Positions 26,324-39,104 of a DNA stretch of 64,000 nt are shown here, one piece after another. Made by a program: the position numbers and the translations under genes. The stretch spans positions 26,102,001-26,166,000 of the forward strand of contig OZ231126.1 in NCBI GenBank assembly GCA_965153355.1, in the 5' to 3' direction. The notes beneath the pieces were generated by a model. The model ran no database searches. It was not told the origin of the DNA and worked only from the letters and a program-made list of their open reading frames with translations. Position 1 is the first letter of the stretch; every line of letters begins with the position of its first letter. The DNA is from Flaccisagitta enflata (lineage: Eukaryota).

Positions 26324-26629
26324 CTGTACTCTTCCAAGCGGCACGACTTTGACAACGACTCTTTTGTGCCTTAGTCTCAGCACTTCCTCGTCATTGGTTG
26401 AATCCATTTCCGCATCCAGAATGTCGACGATCTTCTCAACTTCCTTGAAAAATGCGCGATGATCGGGTCCCATCGACGGAGTCACGGTCGACGAACGTTT
26501 GGGGAAATCGGATGCGAGGCGCTTCGTGGGGATACTGGAGCCGGTCGTCGGAATAACAACCGTCCACGAAAAAATTGTGAAGACGACGGAGACTAAAATG
26601 ACCGCGGCAATCGTCGCAGAAACGTTCAT
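26324..26629 (-). CDS. Exon 1 of divergent TGF-beta-like precursor (signal peptide and N-terminal prodomain)
   Basis: ATG at 26629; hydrophobic N-terminus MNVSATIAAVILVSVVFTIFSWTVVIP; 102 codons ending RVQ at donor CAG|GTAGGT (phase 0); contains RHKR. Confidence 0.8.
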
Positions 26630-26754
26630 GATGGAACTGTGTGGTTTATGAAGTTAAACGAATTGACGGCGCAATCGAAGTCTCGATGTGTGATATCGTT
26701 TGAGGAACGTAAATTCAAACTCGGGATCATGTTCCATGAAAGAAGATGCGCGGC

Positions 26755-26860
26755 TTTATATGCTGTTGAGAGTGAGGCAGTGGCCGCCAATAAAAGGGAG
26801 AATGCGGGAGGAGGAGGAGGAGGAGGAGCTTTTAGAACGGAGCCAAGTCTTCTAACCAAT
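26755..26860 (-). promoter_or_regulatory. Putative core promoter of the TGF-beta-like gene
   Basis: TATAAA on the minus strand at 26760-26755, about 130 nt upstream of the ATG; CCAAT boxes at 26787-26791 and 26856-26860. Confidence 0.5.
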
Positions 26861-28158
26861 AAGACGGGAGGAGGAGATGTACAAAGGTGATTGACGCAAG
26901 GTTACATAAAAGTTCTCTCCAAGATTGTATATATTATGTAAAGCCATATCTTGCACTTTTGAAACAAAATACAGACGGCTTTTTTAAAGCTATTATGTGA
27001 TGCGACGCGGCATATGAAAGAACTTGAGAGACTTCGGCGAAATACCCTTTCGATGACTCGATGTCTTATATTCATTTTCCTCCGAGCAACAGAATGATTA
27101 GGTAATAAATTCATCCTTGGCACTCATTGGATCAACGTTTGGAATAAGACTATAACGAAGTTGGTCGACTCGTTTCACAAAATATTAGTAAAGAATTGTT
27201 GTAACAAGCCAAACGAGAATGTATCATTTGAGGCTTTGTTGAGAGATGTTTTGTTTTTCCAGATCGACGGTCAATAACTTGTTTTTCACTTCAAAGAAGA
27301 AAACAAAATACAAAAGATCGATCGACACAATCGGAAACTTTTGGAGAACTCGAATACGAACACATAATCACATTCCCTCTTTAAATTCCTGCAACGACAT
27401 CAGGTTGAAATGCGTGAGCTGACAGCATGGAAATTAACGTGACTGTTGAATATTTACAAGTATAACATGATGTGCAAAGTAGTTGGTATGATTTTGGGAA
27501 AACATTCAAAAACCGGCTTTTACAGACATTGTTACATCAAAAACAAAGTTGATTGTGTTGGTCAACTTTTTTAAATGTTCATCAAAAAAGAGATCGATAA
27601 AGGATATGAAATGTTCATTGATAATGGTCTAAAGAATATTGGCTTTTTAGGGACAATCAAAACCTGGTAGAGTGAAGGGTAGAGTGAAGTGAAATGGGTC
27701 ACCTCTCACATATTTAAACGAACTGGCAAAATGATCAAAATTGACAGAATCAATGCATTCACTGGGCTGAAATTTGACACAGAGGGAGCTAAAATATAGT
27801 ATCTTTGCAAATCGAGACAAAATTGTGTACCCGGGAAAGTGCGTGGCTCTCGGAAAGGGTTTTACCAAAAATCCAGTGAAAGATTTTGACTGATTTTGCG
27901 AGAAACTTTTGATGATGAGACAAATTAAACCTCCTTAGAATTTACCATGTAAAAGGCAAGAAAACATCAATTTTCGGGTTAACAGACAAAAATGAGTCAA
28001 CAGTGCCTAGATACCGTCACTGACAGCTGCAAGAAATATAGGAACCCCTTGTCAAATAGAATGGTTTTCGCGACAGATTTGAAGCAAAACTAAACCTAAA
28101 ATTTGCATGATTTAATTTGATGACGCTATCCACAGCTATTGGATGACATGATTTGAAG

Positions 28159-28354
28159 TTTTGAGTCGCAGACTAGCGACTCTATAAGAATCTTTGTAGG
28201 TCTTTCGGTCCGTCGGTCCGTCGGTCCGTCGGTCCGTCGGTCCGTCGGTCCGTCGGTCCGTAGGGGTGATCGAGTCGAGAAAGTGTGAAAACGCGCATTT
28301 TCGCCCCTGCCCACCCATCCGCGACTGGTATTAGCCGCGTATCCGGCCTTGTTT
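28159..28354 (+). mobile_element. HINE family A variant
   Basis: AGTCGCAGACTAGCGACT hairpin, (GGTCCGTC)n, GCCGCGTATCCGGCCTTGTTT end. Confidence 0.8.
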
Positions 28355-28714
28355 AGTAGAGCCCTCATGGCAACATGTTTTGAAATTATCATTTACCTGG
28401 ACTCCCTCATGGCAACATGTTTTGAAATTATCATTTACCTGGACTCCTGTTTTGGACTTGAAAAACACAATTATGGACAAGTTCTGATCCCAGTTCGTCT
28501 AATTTTGTGAGAGGTGTTATTTTTTTCGAAGTATCTGAGGAACATATCATCATGTTATGATAGTTAAGGAGGCGGAAGGTTTATTGCGTTAAGTTATTGA
28601 TGATAACAGAAATTTTGCGAAAACTGATACTTGGGCTGAATGAAATGGGTGACCCATTTGGCCATTTCCCCCCATCATCCCCTAGCAAATCTTTTTCACA
28701 TCATGTTTTATGTA

Positions 28715-29150
28715 CAGTAGATGTCTTCTAGACTTGAGATAACGGGGGCAAGCACTGTAGAAAAACAAATAAAGTCAGAGGAGTGATATTTAAAACATAG
28801 ATTAATAAAGGGATGCTTTATTGCCCATGATAGCTGGTTGCTATGGAAATACATTTCAATGTATTTTTGCTAAAATATCAATATTTTAAGAAATTTACTG
28901 AAGGAACATTTCTTAAAATTGAATTTGCTACAACTTTCTCACAGTATGTTCTGTAAGAATGTTGTTCTAAATCTCTCAAAATATTGATTTTCTAGCAAGA
29001 ATACATGAAAATGTGTTTCCATGGCAACCAGCTATCATGGGAAATCAAGCATCCTTTGATTAGTCTAAGACTTAAATATTGCTCCCCTAGCTTCATTTGT
29101 CTTTCCACAATGTTTGCCCCCATTATCTCAAGTCTAGACGAGATCTACTG
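28715..29150. mobile_element. MITE family M1, internally deleted copy
   Basis: TA|CAGTAGATGTCTTCTAGACTTGAG ... CTCAAGTCTAGACGAGATCTACTG|TA. Confidence 0.9.
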
Positions 29151-29336
29151 TACGTTCCTGAATTTTTTTTTACCAGTAAAGGCGGCTCTCGCCGACCAGA
29201 AAAAAATCATAAGATTGTTTTTGTTGTTTTCAGTTTCTTCTTTCTCCTCATTACATTCACGCGCCTTTGTGTGTGTGTGTATGTGTGTCTCTGTGTATGT
29301 GTGTATTTGTGTGTCTGTCTGTGTGTCTGTGTGTGT

Positions 29337-29491
<155 letters not shown>

Positions 29492-29503
29492 CCTCTCTCT
29501 CTC

Positions 29504-29991
29504 TTTGGGCAGCGGCCCCAAAGGGCCGATGTCCTGTAGAACACAGGGGGGAATTTTGAGACGTCCGTCCTTCCGTCCTTCCGTCCGTCCCCCCCCGTTG
29601 ACCATCAAGGCCTCAAATTAGCCCTCCCAGGACTCAATTTAGCCCTCCAGGCCTAAAATCAGCCCTCTTGGCTTCAAATCAGCCCCCTCCCATGCCTTAA
29701 ATCTGCCTCCCAGACCTCAAATCTGCCCTCCAGACCTTCAATCAGCCCTCCAAGCTTAAAACCGGCCCGTCAAACCTCAAATCTGCTCTCCAACCCTCAG
29801 ATATGCCTTCAGTGGCATAAATCAGCCATCTAGAGCCCCCCTCAGAACGGACGGACGTCTCGAAATTCCCCCCTGTGTTCTACAGGACATCGGCCCTTTG
29901 GGGCCGCTGCCCTGCTCTCACTCCACTTTTTCACTGGATCACTCAGCAGGGCATCGGGTACCGCTGACCATGTGTGATCCTTGGATGACTA

Positions 29992-29994
<3 letters not shown>
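29504..29994 (+). mobile_element. HINE family B with about 21-bp central tandem repeats, inserted in a (CT)n tract
   Basis: Both subTIRs, (GTCC)n, central array, family 3' end ..GGATGACTAGTT. Confidence 0.85.
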
Positions 29995-30072
<78 letters not shown>

Positions 30073-30811
30073 TCATGCATAAGGTAAAAAATTTTCATGA
30101 ATGCTGATTTTTCCAAAAATTTTTGATAAAGGCTTTTTGACACCTTAGGTTAAGACATATTTTGCATATTGGCAATCTTGATTGCCCCTACAACTTTAAG
30201 AAAAAAACTTTTTCTTAATTTTCTATAATTTTGAATATTTTAGTTATTGCTAGAAATAGATTAAGAAATATCAAACTACAACTATCCATTGAAAATTGAT
30301 AAAAAAATGAAAATATATCTCTTGATCTAGCTATTGGTGAAGTCTTTATCTGCTTTCATTAAAGTTTGACATTCTTTTGAAAATAAGAGATTTTGAAATC
30401 AGAATTTGTTTATCTTGTCACCTGACTTATGTCCACTGAAAATAACAAATTTGCATAGGGAATCAAAAATTACAAAAACCAAGAACATGCGACTCTTGTA
30501 AATTATGATATCTAAAGTCGCATGTTTTAGAAAATGCAAATTTTTGACTCATTTCACAGATTTGTTATTTTCAAGATAGATTTATCACATTTTTTGTTAC
30601 ACATGTTTAACCTATTTTTCTCTGAATTATGTTTCAGAGGATGATTACGATCGTTCCAGTGATAATGAATTTGGCCATGTGTTTGCTGTTTATACCATTT
30701 GCTTGCTGATAATAACCATTTGTTGCATTTAAGAGGAAAATTATTAAAAACTACAAAAAATTGACTCTAAATTGCATGAATAAAAAATTCGATACGATTG
30801 TGCAGCATGTC

Positions 30812-30814
<3 letters not shown>

Positions 30815-30885
<71 letters not shown>

Positions 30886-31400
30886 CTTTTTTTCTCTTTC
30901 CCTCTTTCTCCCTTACTTTCCCTCCCTCTTTCTCCCTCTCCCTCCCTCTCGCTCCCTCTCTATCCCGCCCTCTCTCCCTCCCTCTCTCTCTCCCTCTCTC
31001 CCTCCCTCTCTTCCTTTCTCTCTCCCTCCCTCCCTCTCCCTCCCTCTCTCCCTCTCTCTCTCCCTCCCTCTCTTCCTTCCTCTCTCCCTCCCGCTCTCCT
31101 TTTCTCCCTCCATCCCTCCCTCTCTCCCTCCTCCCTCCCTCTCTCCGTCCCCATCTCCCTCCCACTCTCTCTCCCCCCGTCTCTCCCTCCCTCTCTCATT
31201 CCCTCTCTCATTCCCTTTCCTTCCCCCTCCCCCTCCCTCGCCCTCCCTCCCTCTCCCTCCCCCTCTTCCTCCCTCCCTCACCCTCCATCTCCCTCTCTCC
31301 TTCCCTCCCTCCCTCCCTCTCTACCTCTCCCTCCCTCTCTATCTCCCACCCTCGCTCCCTCCCCGTCTCCCTCCCTCACTCCCTCTTCCTCCCTCTGCCC
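30815..31400. repeat. Polypyrimidine (CT/CCCT) low-complexity tract
   Basis: Seen directly. Confidence 0.9.
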
Positions 31401-31736
31401 TATGCTGAACTCATTTTTGTTGTTACAGAGGGCTCAAAATTGAGATCGATGAAAAATATTAATCTGTGAGAAATATGCGGATTATGTGAAAAAATAAAAA
31501 AAAGATTAAAAAATTCATAGCGACTAAAGTATTGGTCCGACAGTGCCCAGCTTTTTTCCAGAAGGTGTAAAAAAGTGCCCTCTTTCACCCTGTACCAATT
31601 TCAACCCCAGCCTTGGGTGAGCCTAGTTCTGACTCAACTTTCTCAAATTGGCGCAAGCGAAAAAAGGAAACATTGATTCCTAGCCTGGGACTCAAAAAAT
31701 CGAAAAATGTTTTTCGTTTTTTTTTTTTCCCAATTA

Positions 31737-32730
31737 CAGGGTGTTTCACGCGTTTTGAGGTTTAAAGAATCAACATAGCTTTTCTCCTAGAAAAGTTATT
31801 CCAATTCTGAAAAAAGGTCTGAATAGATCTTGAAGTGCAGTTTTTTTATGTCACCAATTTTTTTTATCTGCGCTGTTAAATATGCCCACTATGTAAGTTT
31901 GAAGAAAACAACCATATCCAGCATGCATCTTTAATCCGGATAATTATGGCAAAAAAAAATGGAAACTACTTGTTTGTTAGCGTTTTGCATCCAAGCAATA
32001 AGAAAAACATAGCAAAATCCATGACCATCGTGAAGCTCTGTGAAAGATCTTTCCAATGAGACCTTGCTGGTTGTCATATCTCTATCCGTTTAGAAATGGC
32101 AGAAGAATGAAGACAGGTGGTCAAGAATTTGGAAAGTCAGTAACACCTGATTTTCATGGGCTATCTTTATTGTAACATAGAAATTGAACAGATTGAGTTG
32201 GAAATTTGTTCTTGGCTCCATTTTATAGAAAATTCATGGCACTTTAATTTGCTCATGGATATCGAGTAGCTAAGGCAATCCTGAGTTTGCAATTGACAAA
32301 AACAAAGAGAGTAAAATTTCTCAATGGAAAAAAATTGAAAGGAGCATTTTTTTCAATTTGTGATTTTTTTCTTTAATCTTTTGCCATTTCTAAATGAATG
32401 AAGCTACAATGTCCTGCAATGTCGCGTTTTGAAGATTTTTTGCGGAGCTTTTAAACAGTCATGGATTTTTTGTAGTTCAGGCCAATATTTGACCAGAAAC
32501 TAGTAAAAGAAGTTGTCCATTTTTTTCTTTACCATGGTTAGTTAACTGGATAATGTTGTTTACTTTAAACTCCCGTAGCTCCCAAGCTAAAAAACGCAAA
32601 TACAAAAAATTGGTGACATAAAAAAACTGCACTTCAAGATCTATTCAGACCTTTTTTCAGAATTAGAATAGCTTTTCTAGGAAAAAAGCTATGTCGATTC
32701 TTTAAACCTCAAAACGCGTGAAACACCCTG
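31737..32730. mobile_element. Tc1/mariner non-autonomous element, about 1 kb
   Basis: TA|CAGGGTGTTTCACGCG... near-perfect TIR of about 125 bp ...CGCGTGAAACACCCTG|TA; no transposase ORF. Confidence 0.92.
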
Positions 32731-32978
32731 TATGTATACCATCTGATTGTGTGTGTGTCTGTGTGTGTGGCTGTGTGTCTGTGTCTGTGTGTCATAGTAA
32801 AGGTGGCTGTATATTCGTGTCTTTGAATCTGTGTCCGTGACTTTGCGTCTATGTGAATGTGTTAGCTATGGGAAATGTAAAGTGCAAGGAAAGGAAGGGA
32901 GGAGAATAGAGAAAGCAGAGAAAGAAAAAGAATCAGGAGTTGGAAAGATAAAGAAAGGTAAAGAACAAGGCCGTAAAG

Positions 32979-33194
32979 AACAAGGGGATACACGGCTATC
33001 CAAGTCGCGTGCGGGTGGGCAGGAGCCATATTTGAGATCACAAGATCATTTGGGCAGGAGCAGTAAGGTCCAAAAATAAAAATTATAAAAAAAGTAAAGT
33101 GTGACCGACCGACCGACCGACTGTCCGACCGACCAACCGACCGACCGACGGACGGACAAAGCGGGGTGTAGAGTCGCGAGCACGCGACTAAAAA
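32979..33194 (-). mobile_element. HINE family A
   Basis: Complete structure with (GACC)n and terminal hairpin AGTCGCGAGCACGCGACT. Confidence 0.85.
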
Positions 33195-33380
33195 GTAAGG
33201 GCGTACGCCGCGCCGACGTGCTAGGGAAAAGTGGGTGAGAGATAATCATTAGTAAATCAACAACCACTCATCCAGGAATCACATAAGTTCCACGGTATCT
33301 GTTGCCCTGTTTTGAATGATTAGCTTAAAAAGCAACGTGGGGTTATAACATCGTCGCTGATGGGTGGGCATGGCAGGGGC

Positions 33381-34678
33381 CACAATGCGGCCAAAACCTA
33401 ACACCCGGAGATAAATGCCCTATCTCCACTCCGACCACCCTAATCACCCCTGCCAGCCTACACAATGCGGCCAAAACCTAACACCCGCAGATAAATGCCC
33501 TATCTCCACTCCGACCACCCTAATCACCCCTGCCAGCCTACACAATGCGGCCAAAACCTAACACCCGGAGATAAATGCCCTATCTCCACTCCGACCACCC
33601 TAATCAACCCTGCCAGCCTACACAGTGCGGCCAAAACCTAACACCCGGAGATAAATGCCCTATCTCCACTCCGACCACCCTAATCAACCCTGCCAGCCTA
33701 CACAATGCGGCCAAAACCTAACACCCGGAGATAAATGCCCTATCTCCACTCCGACCACCCTAATCACCCCTGCCAGCCTACACAATGCGGTCAAAACCTA
33801 ACAACTGGAGATAAATGCCCTATCTCCACTCCGACCACCCTAATCACCCCTGCCAGCCTACACAATGCGGCCAAAACCTAACACCCGGAGATAAATGCCC
33901 TAACATCTGTACACTTATTATTGTCAAAAGATCAAACAGCTGTCAAATCTAAGCAGACATATTTAACCATATGCCAATTTTTCCATTAGTTAGGGCTTGA
34001 AAAAATTTTCATTTTGCTCATGAATTTCACCTCAATTGCATTGTACAAAATCAAATAAGATCAAAAACAGTAAAAACATTCCCAAAGCAAATTATGGCAA
34101 AATTACCAGAAAAACCTTATGAACTTCAGTTGTTCACCAAATCTACATAAAGATAGATAATCAGATGCAAATTTCACGACTAAACAGCTTTTGAAAAGTT
34201 CTTTAATTTGCCCACGGATTTCAATTGATTTTGTAAAAGTTAATGCTTCAAAAATTCGAACCAAAGTTGTGGAAAAATTTGTACCTTGGTGTTAAATGTT
34301 AGTTGTCAAGAGGTCAAAAAGTTTAAAACAAGCATCCCAATTGGAACAAAATACAAAAAATAATGTGGAATATATTGGGAAATACTCATAAAATATATAA
34401 CTTCAGGGAATTGAATCGTTCCTCACCAGTAGTAGCGAGGTATGTATAGTTGTAGCACTACCTTGACAATAATTAGTGTACAGGTATTATCTCCACTCCG
34501 ACTACCCTAATCACCCCTGCCAGCCTACACAATGCGGCCAAAACCTAACACCCGGAGATAAATGCCCTATTTCCACTCCGACCACCCTAATCACCCCTGC
34601 CAGCCTACACAATGCGGCCAAAACCTAACACCCGCAGATAAATGCCCTATTTCCACTCCAACCACCCTAATCACCCCT
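33381..34678. repeat. 80-bp satellite (about 9 units) split by a MITE
   Basis: Units start at 33381, 33461 ... 33861; array resumes at 34490. Confidence 0.95.
33903..34487. mobile_element. TA-flanked MITE inserted in the 80-bp satellite
   Basis: TIR ..CTGTACACT.ATTATTGTCAA; TA duplication shown by uninterrupted units (GCCC-TA-TCTCC). Confidence 0.85.
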
Positions 34679-34711
34679 CTCCTCACTCACAGCCACACAC
34701 ACACATACAGT

Positions 34712-34828
<117 letters not shown>

Positions 34829-35192
34829 CACCATCCGTTCCAACTACCGTCAGGTGGTTTTTACTTTTTAGTAGTGCTCTGAACTATCCTCTCGTTTTAA
34901 CTCAGGAAGCACTTCCTGTATTGGGATCCAGCGTCAAAGAAATCTTTCTTGTGGCGCCTTAAAAGAAAAAAATTCTATTTTGCCCTTAGGTTTTACAGGG
35001 TTGTTAGATAACCTTTTTAGATAGCATATTTGAGTTCCTGATAGAATTTCCTCTCATTTGATAAGTCGCACTATACATCTTGAACTACCTTGTAAAATCT
35101 GAGCGCAAAATAGGATGAAAAGTTACACTATACGCTTTATAGGCAAATCCAGCACAGTATCAATATGCAATATGGCATTATGGTCACCATAA

Positions 35193-35833
35193 CGTCCGTC
35201 CGTACGTCCCCCCCCCGAAGCTTCTCAGGGCTCAAATCCATCCTCTCAGGCCTCAAATCCAGCCTCTCAGGCCTCAAATCCAGCCTCTCAGGCCTCAAAT
35301 CTGGCCTCTCAGGCCTCAAATCTGGCCTCTCAGGCCTCAAATTCAGCCTTTCAGGCCTCAAATCAAGCCTCTCGGGCCTCAAATCCAGCCTCTCAGGCCT
35401 CAAATCTGGCCTCTCAGGCCTCAAATCCAGCCTCTCAGGCCTCCAATCCAGCCTCTCAGGCCTCAAATCCAGCCTCTCAGGTCTCAAATCCCACCTCTCA
35501 GGCCTCAAATCCAGCCTCTTGGCCTCAAATCCAACCTCTTGGGCCTTAAACCCAGCCTCTTGGGCCTTAAACCCAGCCTCTCAGGCCTCAAATTCCCATT
35601 GAATAACATGGCAAATTGACAAAAAATTGATAAAGATGCAAAATTCCCAATGAATATCACGGAAAATTACCCTAAATATGCCCTCTCAGGACGAATGGAA
35701 ATTCACCCCTGTGTCCTACAGGACATTGGCCCTTTGGGGCCGCTGCCCTGCTCTCACTCCACTTCTTCAGCTAATCACTTCAAGCAGGGCATCGGGTACC
35801 GCTGACCATGTGCAATCCTTGGATGACTTGTTT
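35193..35833 (+). mobile_element. HINE family B (5'-truncated) with homogeneous 21-bp array GGCCTCAAATCCAGCCTCTCA
   Basis: Array at 35222-35595; 3' subTIR and end ..GGATGACTTGTTT. Confidence 0.85.
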
Positions 35834-36568
35834 AAGTTCATGTTTAAAGTTCATCCCCATAAGTGTAGTAGAGGCTCTAACCGTAAAAAACACCCTGCTT
35901 TACAGGCTCCAAAGGGCCCTATGGACCCTATAATGAGGTTTTTAAGAAAATCAGAATTTTTTGCCATTTTTGTTGATCAATCAATATGTTCATTATAATT
36001 TGCAACCCAACTTGAGTCAAGGAAGCCCCGGCATGCAACGTAGAGCAGTGTAACGGGCTCCAGTGGGCTTATGGGGCCTAAAAGTTGGGTTTCTTAAGGA
36101 AATCTTGCTATTTTTAGCATTTTTTGCTCTGTAACATGTATCATCCATCCTTATTTCAATAAAAAACAACCTTGCTTGTATCTAGAAGCCCTTCAAAAGC
36201 CATTGTGTTTTTGTTACAGACCCCAGGGAGCCCCACAAGCCCCCATAAGCCCAAAAATAAGTTATTTTTTTTTAGTAAAACAACAATTTTTCCCGCTTAT
36301 CATGCACAAATTATTCCTTTCATTCCCAAAAGATTCTTTGCTTGTGTAGAAAATAGTGACAATCATCAGAATGCTGTTTATGGGCCCAAAGGGCCTCTTT
36401 GGGCCCCAAAAATGAGGTTTTGAAAAAATTTTTAGTGATTTCTTTAAAGCAAGGCCAAAACAAGTTTGGTTATTTCCACCTCCCCTTCCTCCTCCTCCTC
36501 CCCCTCCTTGACCTCCACCATCACCACCACCTCTCAAATTACCACCACCTCAACCCTTCACAATTTAT

Positions 36569-37155
36569 AACCAGTCGCCCAAGGGTGGTCAGCGATAACC
36601 GTTGCCCTGCTGTGTATGTAGGTGATGGAAGGTGATGGGTAGCAGGGCAGCAGCCTCAAAGGGGACAATGTCCTGTAGAACACAGGGCAACTTTCGTTCG
36701 TTCGTTCGCCCGTCTGTTCGTCCGTCCATTTGTCCGTCCGTCCGTGCAGATTTGAGCATCAACCTGGGATTTGAGCCTTGGGGCTGGGGTTTGAACCTTG
36801 AAGCTGGGATTTGAGCCTCAAGGCTGGGATTTGAGCCTCAAGGTTGGGATTTGAGTCTTGAGGCTGGGTTTTGAACCTTGAGGCTGGGATTTGAGCCTCA
36901 AGGCTGGGATTTGAGCCTTAGGACTGGGATTTGAGCCTTAAGACTGGAATTTGAGGCTGGGATTTGAGCCTCAAGGTAGGGATTTGAGCCTCGAGGCTGG
37001 GTGGGACTTGAGCCTTGAGGCTGGGATTTGAGCCTTGAGGCTGAGATTTGAGTCTCAAAATGGAAGGGGGACGCACGCACGCACGGACTGACGAATGAAT
37101 GAAAGTCCCCCTGTGTTCTACAGGACATCGTCCCCTTTGGGGCCGCTGCCTAAAA
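36569..37155 (-). mobile_element. HINE family B variant with 20-bp array (GAGGCTGGGATTTGAGCCTC)
   Basis: Paired subTIRs, microsatellite and central array. Confidence 0.8.
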
Positions 37156-37505
37156 GACAAACTTCTTTCACCAACCTCCATTAAAAGCATCTTTAAAAAA
37201 TGAGACTAAATCACCAATTTACTTGATTTTTGGTCTACTTTTTCCACTTTTTACTCCGCCTCCTCCTCCTCCTCCTCCTCCTCTTTAATCATGTAGTCCC
37301 ACCTATTTGCTTGCAAACCTACACAATTATCTTGAAAATTAGGCTAAAATAACAAGTTTTTTGATTGCCGGCTCTCCTTCTTCCTCCTCCTCCTCCTCCT
37401 CCCCCACCTCACAAACTTCGACCACCATATCCTAAACCTGTGACTTTGTGTCAACATTAGTATATCTGCATAAAAAAAAAAACTTTTATTTTTCCCCAAA
37501 AAGTA

Positions 37506-38098
37506 GGTCAGCGGTACCCGTGCCCTGCTTGAGTAGTGTGTGATTTAGGTTGAGGGGAAGCAGGGCAGCGGCCCCAAAGGGGACGAAGTCCTGTAGAACA
37601 CAGGGGGAATCTGTTCGTCACCCCCTGCCCCATCCTCAGGGCTTTGTATCCTTTGGGGCCTATTCTAACCAAAATCCTGCCAAATAGCCCAAATCCAAGC
37701 AATATGGCCCAAATATAAGCAAAATGGCCGAAATCCAAGCAAATTGGCCAAATCTTGCCAGAAAACCCCCATTCTGGCCTGAGGTCCATCATTTTGGCCC
37801 CTTAGACCTATATTTTGGCCTTCAATACCGAAGGTCTGACCAGGTTTGGGCCATTTCGCTTGAATTTGGGCCATTATGCTTGGATTTTGGCCATTTTGCT
37901 TAGATTTTGGCCATATTGCTTGGATTTGGGCTGTTTGAAAGAATTTGGGTCAGAATAGGCCCTAAAGGATACAAAGCCCTGAAGATGGGGCTGGGGGGAC
38001 GGACGGACGGACGTACGTACGTATGTACCTACGTACAGACAGACAGATTCCCCCTGTGTTCTACAGGACTTCGTCCCCTTTGGGGCCGCTGCCCAAAA
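37506..38098 (-). mobile_element. HINE family B, foldback-like derivative
   Basis: SubTIRs extended into inverted arms of about 200 bp. Confidence 0.8.
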
Positions 38099-39104
38099 GG
38101 CTATTTCCAATGGTGCCCATTCCCAAATCCTCTCATGGAATAAGGAAAATAGCTAGGTGCAATATCTCCAAATTGGTGAGGTGTACATAAAAATGGAAAC
38201 TAGTCGCTATACTAGTAGGCCATTAATAAAGGGTAAGAATTGCTAAAAAGAATCACCTAAAGTCCAAGGTGTACATTGCTGAAATAGAATAAAACTGTAT
38301 TTTTTGCTCTTCCCCTTTCCATAGGATTATAATACGAAGTTACTCGTTCATTTTAGAAAAATGCATTTTGTTGTACTGACAAAAAAATATGAGGTGTACA
38401 TACAAATGGAGACCTGATTATGAAACCTTAAAGTCTCCTCTTGCATTTCCATCACCAATAAAGCCTTAATGTCAGGGTGTAGTTTGATCTTAAAACAATA
38501 ATAAGTAAGATAATTCCTTTATTTTGAACAAAAATCGCCCCAATAATAGGGTTTTAAGACCCCTTGAGCCCCCCAAATGCAAAATATGGGCCAAAATTGT
38601 AATGAATGATGTTATATTTGTCAAAAAGATGACAGTAGCACACCGCAACATACTCAAAAAACTACAGAACTACCAATTTAATATAGATTGCAAGTAATAA
38701 GTCCTTTCCTCATAAACCAATACTCTTTAGTCACAATCATTATTTCATCACTTTTTGCATTTTTTCGTTTGAGCCAAATCGACCATTTGAGCTCCCACAG
38801 CTAGTCTGGCCGATTACATAGCGGGCACCTACTTCCGGTCAAGATGTTATCCTATGGCTGGTTAATATAGAATTCATATAGAATAAAGATTTAGTTTAGC
38901 GTTTTTTGTTTCCCCATTTTTGACATACTGTGCCCTGGCCCCTGTACAATACTGGTTCGGCGTATCATAGGAGAATTCTCAGAACACTCGTTGCTTAGGT
39001 GAAGCTTATATTGTCTTAGTCTTAGCCAGATTTGATTTTTTTTTCAAGATTATTTTTTTCTTGACTGAAAACTAGAAAAGTCTGTCACTCCTTAGGCTGA
39101 GAAG

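Noticed and set aside
35137-35602. Heptad-repeat ORFs (LRPERLD / SGLKSSL)
   Set aside because: 21-bp central array of a HINE element
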